64,000 nt of DNA from Thermoplasmata archaeon (GTDB lineage: Archaea > Thermoplasmatota > Thermoplasmata > Thermoplasmatales > ARK-15). The first letter of the stretch is position 1; every line of letters starts with the position of its first letter. The stretch is from assembly GCA_039794005.1 (NCBI GenBank), contig JBAMMA010000020.1, positions 1 to 64,000 of the forward strand, read 5' to 3'. Below the pieces are notes generated by a model. It was not told the DNA's origin. It made no database searches and saw only the letters and a program-made list of their open reading frames with translations. A program made the position numbers and the translations under genes. Positions 52,165-62,458 of this stretch are shown here, one piece after another.

Positions 52165-53373
52165 ATGAATAAAATAAAGGTTACATTCATCCTGGAAACG
52201 GCAATAGAATACGGAGGAGGAACTGAAAAAACCATATTGCAATACGGAAAATATTTGGACAAGGAAAAGTTTGATGTTTACATTATTCATTCAAATATTA
52301 TTGATAAAGGGAGGTTGGATCAGGAATACATAAAATCTGAATGTAAAGGATGCAATTTGATTAGAATAAATTATCCAACAATATTGAACAACTTATTAAT
52401 AAATAAGAAGTATGGTTTATCCGTTCAAAAGCGTAGCATAAAAAAGGATTTATTTTTAATTTATAATATTTTGGTAAGATTTTTAACATTAAATTCATTT
52501 AATAGGAAAATAAAAAAAATAATATTCAATTCTGATATAGTATACATTGTTTCAGATTATCAGGCATTTTATATTTTTCTACCCAATATGATTTTTAAAA
52601 GGAGAATGCCAATCATTATATTAGGGACACATAATTATTTACCCATTGAGAGGAGGAAAATTAATAGAATTGAAAATAAAATACTTGGTAGCATATTAAC
52701 AACAGTTCATTATACATCAAACAAAATAAAATCGTTATCAAAGATAAACGGTTTTGTGGTAAGCAGTGGAGTGGATGTAAATAAATATAGAGTTTCAGAA
52801 AAGGTAAATCCAATTCCTAAATATCTCTTCGTTGGAAGACTGGTTGAGTATAAGGGATTATATGAATTGATTAAGGCCTGGGAAATTTTTATAAGGGAAA
52901 ATAATGGTGAATTACACATAGTTGGAACTGGCGAACTTGAAAATTTTGTAATACAAAAATCTAAGGAATTAAAGAATATAATTTATCATGGGTTTGTGAG
53001 CGATGATGATCTGATAGATATATATTATAATTCCGATGTTTTGGTTTTTCCGACATATGGTCCAAAACATGATGAATATTTTGGTTTAGTTGTAATTGAA
53101 TCATTGGCTTCTGGATTATTCGTTATTCTGAGCAATGAAATGAAGGGAATATTTGATGAATTTGAAAAATCAGGTTCATTAATGTATGTTAAATTAGATC
53201 CTTATGCCATATATGAATCTATGGTTTATGCATCAAGGAATTTGAATGTTCTTAAAATGAATGCCAGAAATATGAGAAGATATATTGAAGAAAATTATGA
53301 TTGGAAAAAGATAGCTGAAAAATTAGGTGAAAATTTTTATAGAATTGTTAATGAAAAGGATAATGCTGGTTAA
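52165..53373 (+). CDS. Glycosyltransferase family 4
   Basis: GGTEK, FVGRL..YKG, IVGTG, EYFGLVVIESLASG. Confidence 0.88.
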   Translation: MNKIKVTFILETAIEYGGGTEKTILQYGKYLDKEKFDVYIIHSNIIDKGRLDQEYIKSECKGCNLIRINYPTILNNLLINKKYGLSVQKRSIKKDLFLIYNILVRFLTLNSFNRKIKKIIFNSDIVYIVSDYQAFYIFLPNMIFKRRMPIIILGTHNYLPIERRKINRIENKILGSILTTVHYTSNKIKSLSKINGFVVSSGVDVNKYRVSEKVNPIPKYLFVGRLVEYKGLYELIKAWEIFIRENNGELHIVGTGELENFVIQKSKELKNIIYHGFVSDDDLIDIYYNSDVLVFPTYGPKHDEYFGLVVIESLASGLFVILSNEMKGIFDEFEKSGSLMYVKLDPYAIYESMVYASRNLNVLKMNARNMRRYIEENYDWKKIAEKLGENFYRIVNEKDNAG

Positions 53374-53667
53374 AAGCATAATTGATCCCGTCAATAATGA
53401 ATAAAATAATAATAGAATAATGCATGGTAAATTGGAAATGGAGCTCAATGTAAATAAAAATCTATTTAGCAAATCCAATGGATATAATAAATAAAGAGAT
53501 AAGGGAGTTAAAAAACCTATCAAAAATGATATCAGGAATAAGATTTTACCTCTTATTGGATACAAGATAATAGCTGCTAAAATGAATAAAAATGGATATC
53601 CAATCAATAATACCAGATATGATATGATTATTGAAAATATTATTGGTAATATAATTTTAAGGTTCAT
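53323..53667 (-). CDS. Small integral membrane protein coupled to the acylase gene
   Basis: 114 aa, 3-4 TM helices; start overlaps the acylase stop. Confidence 0.65.
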   Translation of the reverse strand: MNLKIILPIIFSIIISYLVLLIGYPFLFILAAIILYPIRGKILFLISFLIGFLTPLSLYLLYPLDLLNRFLFTLSSISNLPCIILLLFYSLLTGSIMLLTSIILFINNSIKIFT

Positions 53668-56116
53668 AATTATAAATTACCTCCTCTTTCCATCCATATC
53701 CATAATTTACATATTCATGGTTATACCATAAATTCATTTGATTCATGTAATAATAACTGAGAAAATTCTCACTTGGACCACCGGGAAATATTCCTAAGTA
53801 TATGTTTAAGCCTGGGATATCAATTTTCCTCAAAGATGAAGATAATGTTACATATGGTAATGGAAATTTTATTATGAATTCAGTCGGGCCAACTGAAACA
53901 GTGTGGTCATCCCCATAAAATGGAATGGGACCATAAGATAAAGCCAATAGACCGGTAATGCTCGAAATTAATAATTTATGTACCTTACCCCAATACCAAT
54001 TGTAAAAATTGTTGCCCAGATTATTTATTAATTCTGAAATAGTTTCCTTGAAAGATATTTGCAAAATTTTTGTAGAATTGTTATCAAACCAGAATGAAGA
54101 TGGATAATTTTTCAGTAAATATATGAGAGAAGTTTCGAATGGAGGATATAAAAATGATATATTATATAATTTTTCATAATAAAAGAATGTGTTGTTATAA
54201 ATGTTAGAAACATAATACCAATAAATGGTCATACCAATAGAATTTATATCGGCTGAACAATTCCAATTTTCCAATATTTTAAATGCTTCTTTTTCTGTCT
54301 CATTCATAGTCATATTTGAAATATATTTTATCAATATTGGCTTTAGCATTTCAGCCCATGAATCTGTCAGATTGGACTGTAATTCTTCCATATCAGTTAA
54401 ATTTATTTCATCATGGTTTTTCAAATAATTATATATGCTTAATGCCCTACCTCCAGATGCCCAAAATCCACCTATAAAAGGATATGGATAATTCATGCCT
54501 ACTGGTGGTTGATTGGGTGCAAAGGCAAATCCTCTTTCAGGATCCATTACCTGAGGCAAATATTTAAATGGAACATATCCACAATATGAATATCTTGGAT
54601 CAGAGCCATTTAATAAACTCCTGGACCCAATTACATATACAGTCTTATTGTTTGGCAGTACCTCTTTTATGAGAGGGTAATAACCTGCAGTAACATAACC
54701 CGCATGATGTAATGATATCAAGGCAAAGTTTTGCGGTGGGTAACCCCAATATCTCAGTGCATTTACCATATCCGTATAATTGTTGCTCATATCCAATTTT
54801 AATTCTGCAATAAAAATATAGGATATTTTAGAAGCAGTCCAGTCAACAGATATTCCAAAATTTTTGTATCTACCTATTATAGGACCATGATTTGTATAAT
54901 ATAAAGTGTACTTTTTATTTAAAACGGTAAAATTATATTCAACAAGTTTATGCCATGTGTTATTATATAAATAATAATCCCCGTTCAATATTTCTAAATA
55001 ATCATTGGCACTGTTTCCCTCGGCGGATGTAATTCCCCAGGATGTATTTTTAGTATGTCCAATCAAAATTCCGGGAATACCCACAAGTGCCCAACCAGTA
55101 ACATTCATGTTAGGATCTACCAATTGCAAAGGAATCCACAATGAGGGCAAAATTAAATTTAGATGCGGGTCATTTGCAATCATTGGATATCCATAACTGG
55201 AATAGTTAGAAGTAATTATCCAGCTATTACTACCTACACCGAAATGACTATATTCGATAAATGGATCCGAAATGTTTTCATATGAAATTCTCAAAAGATA
55301 TGTTAGATTTTTTATGATATTTGGATCTATTCCAGTAGCCCATTCTGAAAACCAATTTAAATGCCAAAAGTATGTAGTGTTAATGCCCTGGTCCGTTAAA
55401 TTATACCCATTTATGGTACCATCTCCAGGAACAATGGTAATATTTTGTGTGTAATAGGGATAAAATGGCCAGACAGACATAGTATTATTATATCCAAAAT
55501 ATGAATAAAATAAATCCATTTCGATAGGTTCATATATACCTGTTGTCAAAAATAATGTCATATATTCTTCCCAAACAATTGTATCAAAAGGTGACCAGTA
55601 AAATGGTTTTACATTTAATATTTTAAATTCGAATGACAGTTGGCTTTGATTTATAAAATCATTAACACCCTGTGAAAATGACAATAAATAATCGTAATAT
55701 GTCTTTTCATTCTCTTTGTATGCTATCATTAAATTATATGCATTTTCTGGCAGACCCAGATAATGCATGGCAATATCTGATCTATACTCTGATTTTATCC
55801 ATTTACTCAAATTACCAGATGCAAGAAGGGCCTCTATCTCCATCTGAAATAATCTGTTTTGAGCCATGTAATATCCTTCCGCTAAAAAGAGATCTTTATT
55901 GTCTTTAGCGTATATATGTGCAATACCATTTGAATCTATGTAAATTTTAACAGGGTATTCAATACCCTTTAAATAAATTGTTTGAGATGTGTAATTTGAA
56001 TAGTTAATTTCTGTGAAAATACCGTTGTAAGGATCCAAATATGTAAATTGGATAGAAAATATGGAAATCATAATTAAGATTACAATGAGTATGGATTCAA
56101 TTAAAACATATTTCAT
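53657..56116 (-). CDS. Penicillin acylase-family Ntn hydrolase (peptidase S45), membrane-anchored or secreted
   Basis: N-terminal signal anchor, D..GIAHIYA, A..RLFQM, GSNSW (Ser nucleophile), ANDPHL, T.HGP, PGG.S; many sequons. Confidence 0.9.
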   Translation of the reverse strand: MKYVLIESILIVILIMISIFSIQFTYLDPYNGIFTEINYSNYTSQTIYLKGIEYPVKIYIDSNGIAHIYAKDNKDLFLAEGYYMAQNRLFQMEIEALLASGNLSKWIKSEYRSDIAMHYLGLPENAYNLMIAYKENEKTYYDYLLSFSQGVNDFINQSQLSFEFKILNVKPFYWSPFDTIVWEEYMTLFLTTGIYEPIEMDLFYSYFGYNNTMSVWPFYPYYTQNITIVPGDGTINGYNLTDQGINTTYFWHLNWFSEWATGIDPNIIKNLTYLLRISYENISDPFIEYSHFGVGSNSWIITSNYSSYGYPMIANDPHLNLILPSLWIPLQLVDPNMNVTGWALVGIPGILIGHTKNTSWGITSAEGNSANDYLEILNGDYYLYNNTWHKLVEYNFTVLNKKYTLYYTNHGPIIGRYKNFGISVDWTASKISYIFIAELKLDMSNNYTDMVNALRYWGYPPQNFALISLHHAGYVTAGYYPLIKEVLPNNKTVYVIGSRSLLNGSDPRYSYCGYVPFKYLPQVMDPERGFAFAPNQPPVGMNYPYPFIGGFWASGGRALSIYNYLKNHDEINLTDMEELQSNLTDSWAEMLKPILIKYISNMTMNETEKEAFKILENWNCSADINSIGMTIYWYYVSNIYNNTFFYYEKLYNISFLYPPFETSLIYLLKNYPSSFWFDNNSTKILQISFKETISELINNLGNNFYNWYWGKVHKLLISSITGLLALSYGPIPFYGDDHTVSVGPTEFIIKFPLPYVTLSSSLRKIDIPGLNIYLGIFPGGPSENFLSYYYMNQMNLWYNHEYVNYGYGWKEEVIYNYEP

Positions 56117-56254
56117 AAATGTTATAATTGCAATATAATAAAATAATTTTACGATTTATAAATTAATTTATTAATATTTATTTAAATATATTTTAAAAAT
56201 GAAAAATTAATATCATTGATAAAAATTATATATAAATTTAAAATGGAGATAAAC

Positions 56255-57064
56255 ATGCAAAACAATAGGCGAGTTGAAGGTGGACTTAGCTTAAATGCAA
56301 AGGAAGAGATTGCCAAGATTGTCATAAAGGATGCGCTTGAAAGGTATAAAAGACCTTTTGTTGTATGGTCAGCGGGTAAAGACAGCATGGTTGTTTTACA
56401 TTTAGTCAAAACGTATGTTGAAAAAAATAACCTAGAAATGCCACCTGCATTGTTTATTGACCACGGCCAACACTATGATGAAACATTGGAAATGATTGAT
56501 AAAATCAGTAAAGAATGGAACTTCAAAGTAATTTTTGCAAGAAATGAAGATGCTCTGGGAAAAATAAAAGATGGGAAAATATACGTAAAAGATTTAAATG
56601 AAGAAAATCAGATGGAGGTAAGAAAAATAGGCTTTTTAGGTGATTATTTCGAATATTCTCTCGAAACTGATGTTGGAAATCATATTTTGAAAACTGTTGC
56701 TATGAATGATGCAATAAGAAGGTACAGGATAGATGCACTATTTACAGGTATTAGATGGGATGAGAACGAAGCAAGATCATGGGAAGTATTTATTTCGCCA
56801 AGGGAAGATCCCCCACATGTCAGGGTTCATCCAATATTGCCTTTTACTGAAAGAAATATTTGGGAATATACGTTTAAATACAATTTGCCAATTCATCCAC
56901 TTTACAAACAGGGATATAGGTCAATAGATGGAAAATACGATTCGAAAAAAACAGATGATAGACCTGCATGGGAACAAGACTTAGAGCATACTTATGAGAG
57001 GGCAGGAAGATCTCAAGATAAAGAAGGAATGATGGAAAAACTTAGAAGATTTGGCTACATGTGA
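56255..57064 (+). CDS. CysD-like adenylyltransferase (PAPS reductase superfamily), no cysteines
   Basis: WSAGKDSMVVLHL, H.LKT, G.RWDE..AR, RVHPIL.FTE..IW.Y, ERAGR.QDKE..M..LRR.GY; start at ATG 56255. Confidence 0.8.
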   Translation: MQNNRRVEGGLSLNAKEEIAKIVIKDALERYKRPFVVWSAGKDSMVVLHLVKTYVEKNNLEMPPALFIDHGQHYDETLEMIDKISKEWNFKVIFARNEDALGKIKDGKIYVKDLNEENQMEVRKIGFLGDYFEYSLETDVGNHILKTVAMNDAIRRYRIDALFTGIRWDENEARSWEVFISPREDPPHVRVHPILPFTERNIWEYTFKYNLPIHPLYKQGYRSIDGKYDSKKTDDRPAWEQDLEHTYERAGRSQDKEGMMEKLRRFGYM

Positions 57065-58431
57065 ATATGGATACAAATATTTTTTTAATTATCTTAGATA
57101 CGTTAAGAAAGGATGTGATGTCTTTATATGGAGGGGATACAGATACTCCTTTTATAAACGAGATAGCAAGAGACGGCATAATATTTGAAAATGCCATTTC
57201 ACCAGGTAACTGGACACCAACTTCTCACATGTCGATATTTTCAGGACTTTATCCCAGGGAACATGGTGTACATGAAAATTATGATGAGGGTGATGAAATA
57301 ATATTTAAAAAACTGTTAGAATATAATGGGGATAACATTTTAGAATATCTATATAAAAAAGGTTACAATAATATAGGATATTCCACAAATCCATGGCTAT
57401 CACCGGGATCAAGATTTGACAATTACTATTCATCATTCACATTTTATTCATCTGAATATTTATCTGAGAGGGAAATGGAAGATGTAATGGAATATAAAAA
57501 ATATGGAAAAAATAGGATAGAGGCAACAAAATATTTAATTTCACATGGAAAATTTGATGAATTTTTGCATTATTATCACACGTTCAAATGGATGTTGAAA
57601 AAGAAGAAAGAATACGATTATCCTTTTTACAAAGCCTCAGATGTGATTGTTGATCATATAATAAACAGCAGTTTTAATGAACCCTTATTTATGTTTATAA
57701 ATTTCATGGAGGTTCATGAACCAAGTTCAAGATGGGAATTGGATGTAGACGATAGAAAGATAAAGTATAATGATCTTTTTGGATTTGATATTATAAATGA
57801 AAAAAAGATCAATGAAGTTAAAGAGGGATATAAAAAATCCTTGAAAAATGTTGATTATGAAATCGGAAGATTAATAAATTTTTTGAAAAAGAAAAAGATC
57901 TATGATGATTCTTTAATCATAATCACTTCAGATCATGGTCAAGCATTTAAAGAAAAAAGAAAAATACAATTTTACGGACATGGTAATTTCTTATACGATG
58001 AAATTATAAATATTCCCCTAATAGTTAAATTTCCTAAAAATTATAAGATAAAAAGAAAATCCGGTTATCAAACATTAGTCAATATCAAAAAATTGATTGA
58101 AATGGTAATAGAAAATAACTACGAGGATAGTTTGACCGAGGAGGTAGTATTCTCAGAAATGTTTGGCCCAGTACATAATTTAAAGAGGCTGATGAATGAA
58201 GGGATTATTAAAAAAGTTGATAATATTGATCATAAAATAAGGGAATACTTCCCCAAAAGGAAGGCAGTATTCAAGAATGGTTTTAAATTGGTAATAAATG
58301 GTGAAAATGGACAAATTGAAGAATTCACCTTCCATGGAAAAAATGCGGATGTATCTGAACATCCAAATGTTATTAAAGATTTAAAGGAAGAATTGTCAAT
58401 TTTTAAAGGGAATGAAAAATTTATAATTTAA
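57061..58431 (+). CDS. Sulfatase-like hydrolase/transferase (alkaline phosphatase superfamily), Thr-type
   Basis: ILDTLR.D, SPGNWTPTSH...SGLYP..HG, FINFME.H.P, TSDHG, HG..LYDE..IPL; no signal peptide. Confidence 0.85.
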   Translation: MNMDTNIFLIILDTLRKDVMSLYGGDTDTPFINEIARDGIIFENAISPGNWTPTSHMSIFSGLYPREHGVHENYDEGDEIIFKKLLEYNGDNILEYLYKKGYNNIGYSTNPWLSPGSRFDNYYSSFTFYSSEYLSEREMEDVMEYKKYGKNRIEATKYLISHGKFDEFLHYYHTFKWMLKKKKEYDYPFYKASDVIVDHIINSSFNEPLFMFINFMEVHEPSSRWELDVDDRKIKYNDLFGFDIINEKKINEVKEGYKKSLKNVDYEIGRLINFLKKKKIYDDSLIIITSDHGQAFKEKRKIQFYGHGNFLYDEIINIPLIVKFPKNYKIKRKSGYQTLVNIKKLIEMVIENNYEDSLTEEVVFSEMFGPVHNLKRLMNEGIIKKVDNIDHKIREYFPKRKAVFKNGFKLVINGENGQIEEFTFHGKNADVSEHPNVIKDLKEELSIFKGNEKFII

Positions 58432-58452
58432 TTATAAATTAATAAAATTGTC

Positions 58453-59547
58453 ATGAAAATATTACAATTAGCACATGGTTTAATAATACCTGAATACATT
58501 TCTGCATATAGTTTGAGAGTACATTCATTAATAAAAAATAATAATAGAACAATAATTTCCATTGGTGGCCCAACAATAAAAAATATAATTCAAGATAATG
58601 TAATTCAATACAGGGCTATTTTATTGATGATTTATTCATTTGTTAAAAAAAATAGGGGGTTTGAAATATATTTGTCTGAAGGTAAATTTATTTCTAAAAA
58701 AATAATAAAAAATATAAGAGAGAATATTAAAAATTCTGATATCATTATTTATGAAGGTCCATGGTTATTTCCATTGACAGAGGATTTCATTGAAAATAAA
58801 TTTGTAGTTTACGACGCACACAATGTTGAATATGAATTAAGAAAAAATAATAAATTCAGGGATAAGGCATATGAGATTGAAAAGTCATTGGTAAAAAGAT
58901 CAAATTTAATTTTATCCTTTTCGGAAAATGATACAAAATTATTAAAAGAATTATACAAAAATGAAAATGTAATTACGGTAAAACACGTTTTAAATTTACC
59001 TGATTATAAATGGAATGGATTAAATAATAAAGATATAATATTCATCGGTTCTATATACGATGAAAACATAAAAGCATTAAACAATATTTCAAGATTTGCA
59101 GAAATATTAAAGGATTTCAAATTTCATATAATTGGAAATTTAAAAGATTATCCCGGTAGGCCAAAAAGGAAGAATATAATTTATCATGGATTGTTAAATG
59201 AAAAGGAAAAAGATTATGTTATGAATAATTCATTCTTGGCAATAAACCCAGTTGAAGGGGGTTCTGGTAGAAACCTGAAGATGGTAGATTACATTTTTCA
59301 TGGAATACCAGTTTTAACCACAGAAATCGGTGCAAGAGGCTTTGATGATGATACAAAATCACTCTTCTATATAGAAAAAATAGAAAATTTTCCAGATAAA
59401 ATTGTTGAATTAGATAGAAAGAGGGATGAATTAAAAAACATTTCAATCAAATTATATGAACAAGCCAAAAAGATTTATGAAAAAGAATATACAAATGTTG
59501 AAAAGATATTAGAAAATTATTATTTAAAAAATAAAGAATTTCGTTAA
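58453..59547 (+). CDS. Glycosyltransferase family 4-like (GT-B)
   Basis: VYDAHNVE, FIGS....N, NPV..GSG..LK..DY...G.PV.TT..GARG. Confidence 0.85.
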   Translation: MKILQLAHGLIIPEYISAYSLRVHSLIKNNNRTIISIGGPTIKNIIQDNVIQYRAILLMIYSFVKKNRGFEIYLSEGKFISKKIIKNIRENIKNSDIIIYEGPWLFPLTEDFIENKFVVYDAHNVEYELRKNNKFRDKAYEIEKSLVKRSNLILSFSENDTKLLKELYKNENVITVKHVLNLPDYKWNGLNNKDIIFIGSIYDENIKALNNISRFAEILKDFKFHIIGNLKDYPGRPKRKNIIYHGLLNEKEKDYVMNNSFLAINPVEGGSGRNLKMVDYIFHGIPVLTTEIGARGFDDDTKSLFYIEKIENFPDKIVELDRKRDELKNISIKLYEQAKKIYEKEYTNVEKILENYYLKNKEFR

Positions 59548-59590
59548 TTTTAAATTTTATTATACAATATACAGGATTTATAAATTAAAG

Positions 59591-59944
59591 GTGGTAAAGA
59601 TGGCTAAGATTCTAACTATAGTTATTACCGGAAAGGAAAATATAAATAGGGTAAATGTTGCTTTTAATTTTAGCATTAATGCCAGAAAGAATAACAATTA
59701 TGTTGAAATACTCTTTATTGGTCCGGGAGTTCAGATTATAAATAAAAGGCATGCCTTTTCTCAAACCTTTATCAATAATATAAAAAATTTACAGGAATCA
59801 GGTATTAAAATCAAAGCATGCATTAACAGTATAAACAGCGAAGGTCTTTCAAAAGATGATATATTTGAGGGTATTGAATTTGTGGGAGGAGCAATTGAAG
59901 CCGCAGAGAGAATTTCCGAAGGATATATACCGGTGACATTCTGA
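59591..59944 (+). CDS. DsrE/F-like family protein
   Basis: VEILFIGPGV, GIKIKACINS (single Cys), G....TF C-terminus; start may be ATG 59600. Confidence 0.75.
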   Translation: MVKMAKILTIVITGKENINRVNVAFNFSINARKNNNYVEILFIGPGVQIINKRHAFSQTFINNIKNLQESGIKIKACINSINSEGLSKDDIFEGIEFVGGAIEAAERISEGYIPVTF

Positions 59945-60727
59945 ATGTTCGATCTTTCATTAATACAAATCATACTTTCCATAATTTCCGGTTTAATAGT
60001 TGGATTTTCGCTTGGATTAATCGGCGGTGGAGGATCAATACTGGCAATACCGTTGTTGATTTATTTGGTTGGTTATAATCATCCACACACAGTTATTGGT
60101 ACAACTGCTCTCGCAGTTGGAATAAATGCATATCTTAATCTAATTCCACATGCAAGAAAAAATAATGTGAAATTCAAACCGGGAATAATATTTAGCATCT
60201 TTGGAGTTTTTGGAGTATTATTGGGAGCACAACTGGGTCTTATAACTCCAGGAAAAAAGTTGTTATTTTTATTTGCAATTGTGATGATTATTATAGCTAT
60301 TAACATGTACAGAAAAAAATGCCCCAGCAACGTTAATGAAAAAATAAACAAAAAACCTAATTACTATTTGTTGATTTTATATGCTTTTTTGGTCGGATTT
60401 GCATCTGGATATTTTGGGATTGGTGGCGGATTTATGATTGTGCCGAGCTTAATGTATGGGGCTGGATTAAATATATTAAATGCAATTGGCACATCACTTT
60501 TAAGTGTCGGAACCTTCGGAATTACAACTGCAATAAGATATTCATTAAGCGGTAAAATAAATATATTTATTACAATTTTATATATTTCAGGAGGAATATT
60601 TGGTGGATGGATCGGTGCACATTTTGCTCATAGAGTACCGAGGATGTTGTTGACAAAGATATTTGCAATCATAATTATAATTGTGGCCATATACATGATT
60701 TATGAAAATGTAACAGCATTCCCCTAA
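59945..60727 (+). CDS. TauE/SafE (TSUP) sulfite/sulfur-compound transporter
   Basis: Two repeats G..GL.GGGG....P and G..SG.FGIGGG...VP....AIGTSL; about 8 TM helices. Confidence 0.9.
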   Translation: MFDLSLIQIILSIISGLIVGFSLGLIGGGGSILAIPLLIYLVGYNHPHTVIGTTALAVGINAYLNLIPHARKNNVKFKPGIIFSIFGVFGVLLGAQLGLITPGKKLLFLFAIVMIIIAINMYRKKCPSNVNEKINKKPNYYLLILYAFLVGFASGYFGIGGGFMIVPSLMYGAGLNILNAIGTSLLSVGTFGITTAIRYSLSGKINIFITILYISGGIFGGWIGAHFAHRVPRMLLTKIFAIIIIIVAIYMIYENVTAFP

Positions 60728-60771
60728 ATTTACCAAAATGTTTTTATCTATTTAATCCTTAAAAGAAATCG

Positions 60772-60969
60772 ATGTTTAAAAATACACTCTTGGGAATGTT
60801 TTCATTGATGTTGATTACTCTAGCATTAATGTTCTATGTAGGTTGGGGTTTATATTATAATGCATGGACAGATGTTGGATTATTTTCATTTGTTTCTGTG
60901 ATCATAGTCTTTGGAATATTGGGGCTTTTACTGTCAAGATTAAATGAAAAGGAAATGAGTATTCAGTAG
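60772..60969 (+). CDS. Small two-TM membrane protein
   Basis: 65 aa, TM-YNAWTDVG-TM. Confidence 0.6.
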   Translation: MFKNTLLGMFSLMLITLALMFYVGWGLYYNAWTDVGLFSFVSVIIVFGILGLLLSRLNEKEMSIQ

Positions 60970-62366
60970 GGTTTTCCAATATAGCACAAATTATCAGTTT
61001 CCTTTCCACAGATTAGACATTTTCCATTCTTCTTTTCAATGTTTAATGGTATTCCCAATACCTTTTTGCCAGATTCTTGATCAATGATATCTGCGCACGC
61101 CTTTGAACCACACCAGTGAATTAAATTAACATCTTCATCAGACTTTATATCATCAATCGATTTAGCCTCTTTTATTTTTGAATACATGTTTTTGTATGCT
61201 CTTTCCCTTAGATTTCTCTGTATATCATTTAATATTTCTTTTAATCTTGGTAACATTTCACTTCTTTGTATCGTGATCCTTTCAAAGGTATCCCTTCTGG
61301 CCACGGTGATGACATTGTTTTTAATATCCCTGGGTCCTAATTCTATTCTTAACGGAACACCCTTCAATTCCCAGTCATAAAATTTGTATCCTGGGGTATA
61401 ATCATCCCTGTCATCGAGTTTTACCCTAAATTCATTTTTAACTTCATCATATAATTTTCTTGATTCATTAATTATCATTTCTTTATCCCCGGAGATTATG
61501 GGTACAATTACAATTTGATATGGCGCTATCTCTGGTGGCAATATTAAACCCCTGTCATCTCCATGTATGCCAACAATTGCACCTATTATCCTTTCGCTAA
61601 TTCCAAAGGTTGTCTGATAAACATAATCTCTTGAACCGTCTTCTTTTGTAAACATAATTTCATATGCCCTGGAAAAATTTTGACCATAGCTGTGCATTGT
61701 TCCGATTTGTAATGGTCTTCCTGAGGGCATAATGGTATCGGCTGCAATGGTATAATCCGCACCGGCAAATTTGTCCCAGTCAGGTCTTTTATTCAAAATG
61801 TATGGTAATGCCATTTTTTGACAGAATTTTTCCCAAATATTAATATCTTCATTTATCTGCTTTTCTGAATCCTCCTGACTTTCATGGCATGTGTGAGCTT
61901 CGAAAAAGTGAATCTCCCTAACCCTTAAAAATGCTCTGGTTTGTTTGGTCTCATACCTAAAAACATTTACAATTTGGAATACCTTCAGTGGCAGATCTCC
62001 ATGTGTTCTTATCCACAGTGAAAACATTGGATACATTGATGTCTCGCTCGTTGGCCTTAAAATCAGTGGGATATCCAGCTTTTCATTTCCGCCCCTTTCT
62101 ACCCAAAAGACTTCTCCTCCAAAACCTCTTATATGTTCAGACTCTTTTGCAAATTGATCACTAGGAATCAACAATGGGAAATATACTTCTTCGTGACCTG
62201 TTTCGAACATTAATGTCCTCAAAACTTCATCCATTTTTTTGGCAATAGCCCATCCATAAGGAAGCCATACATTCATTCCCTTTACGGGATATCTCTTATC
62301 AATCAACTTAGCCTCTTCTATTACCTCATTATACCATTCATTAAAATTTTCCTTTTTTTCCTTCAT
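60963..62366 (-). CDS. proS: Proline--tRNA ligase (archaeal/eukaryotic type)
   Basis: F.EWY, YPVKG, LRPTSET, FRYETK.TR..LRVRE, W..KGVP.RIE.GPRD, Zn-binding C-terminus ending in Y. Confidence 0.96.
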   Translation of the reverse strand: MKEKKENFNEWYNEVIEEAKLIDKRYPVKGMNVWLPYGWAIAKKMDEVLRTLMFETGHEEVYFPLLIPSDQFAKESEHIRGFGGEVFWVERGGNEKLDIPLILRPTSETSMYPMFSLWIRTHGDLPLKVFQIVNVFRYETKQTRAFLRVREIHFFEAHTCHESQEDSEKQINEDINIWEKFCQKMALPYILNKRPDWDKFAGADYTIAADTIMPSGRPLQIGTMHSYGQNFSRAYEIMFTKEDGSRDYVYQTTFGISERIIGAIVGIHGDDRGLILPPEIAPYQIVIVPIISGDKEMIINESRKLYDEVKNEFRVKLDDRDDYTPGYKFYDWELKGVPLRIELGPRDIKNNVITVARRDTFERITIQRSEMLPRLKEILNDIQRNLRERAYKNMYSKIKEAKSIDDIKSDEDVNLIHWCGSKACADIIDQESGKKVLGIPLNIEKKNGKCLICGKETDNLCYIGKPY

Positions 62367-62458
62367 ATTAGAGATAAAAAATTATCTAATAATAAATTTA
62401 ATCAAATTAAAAAACATTCAAAAAAATTTATATATCAGGAAGTGGCTTATTTATTATT

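Noticed and set aside
56255-57064. Annotation as PAPS/APS reductase (cysH)
   Set aside because: The protein contains no cysteine, so both the catalytic ECGLH cysteine and Fe-S ligands are absent
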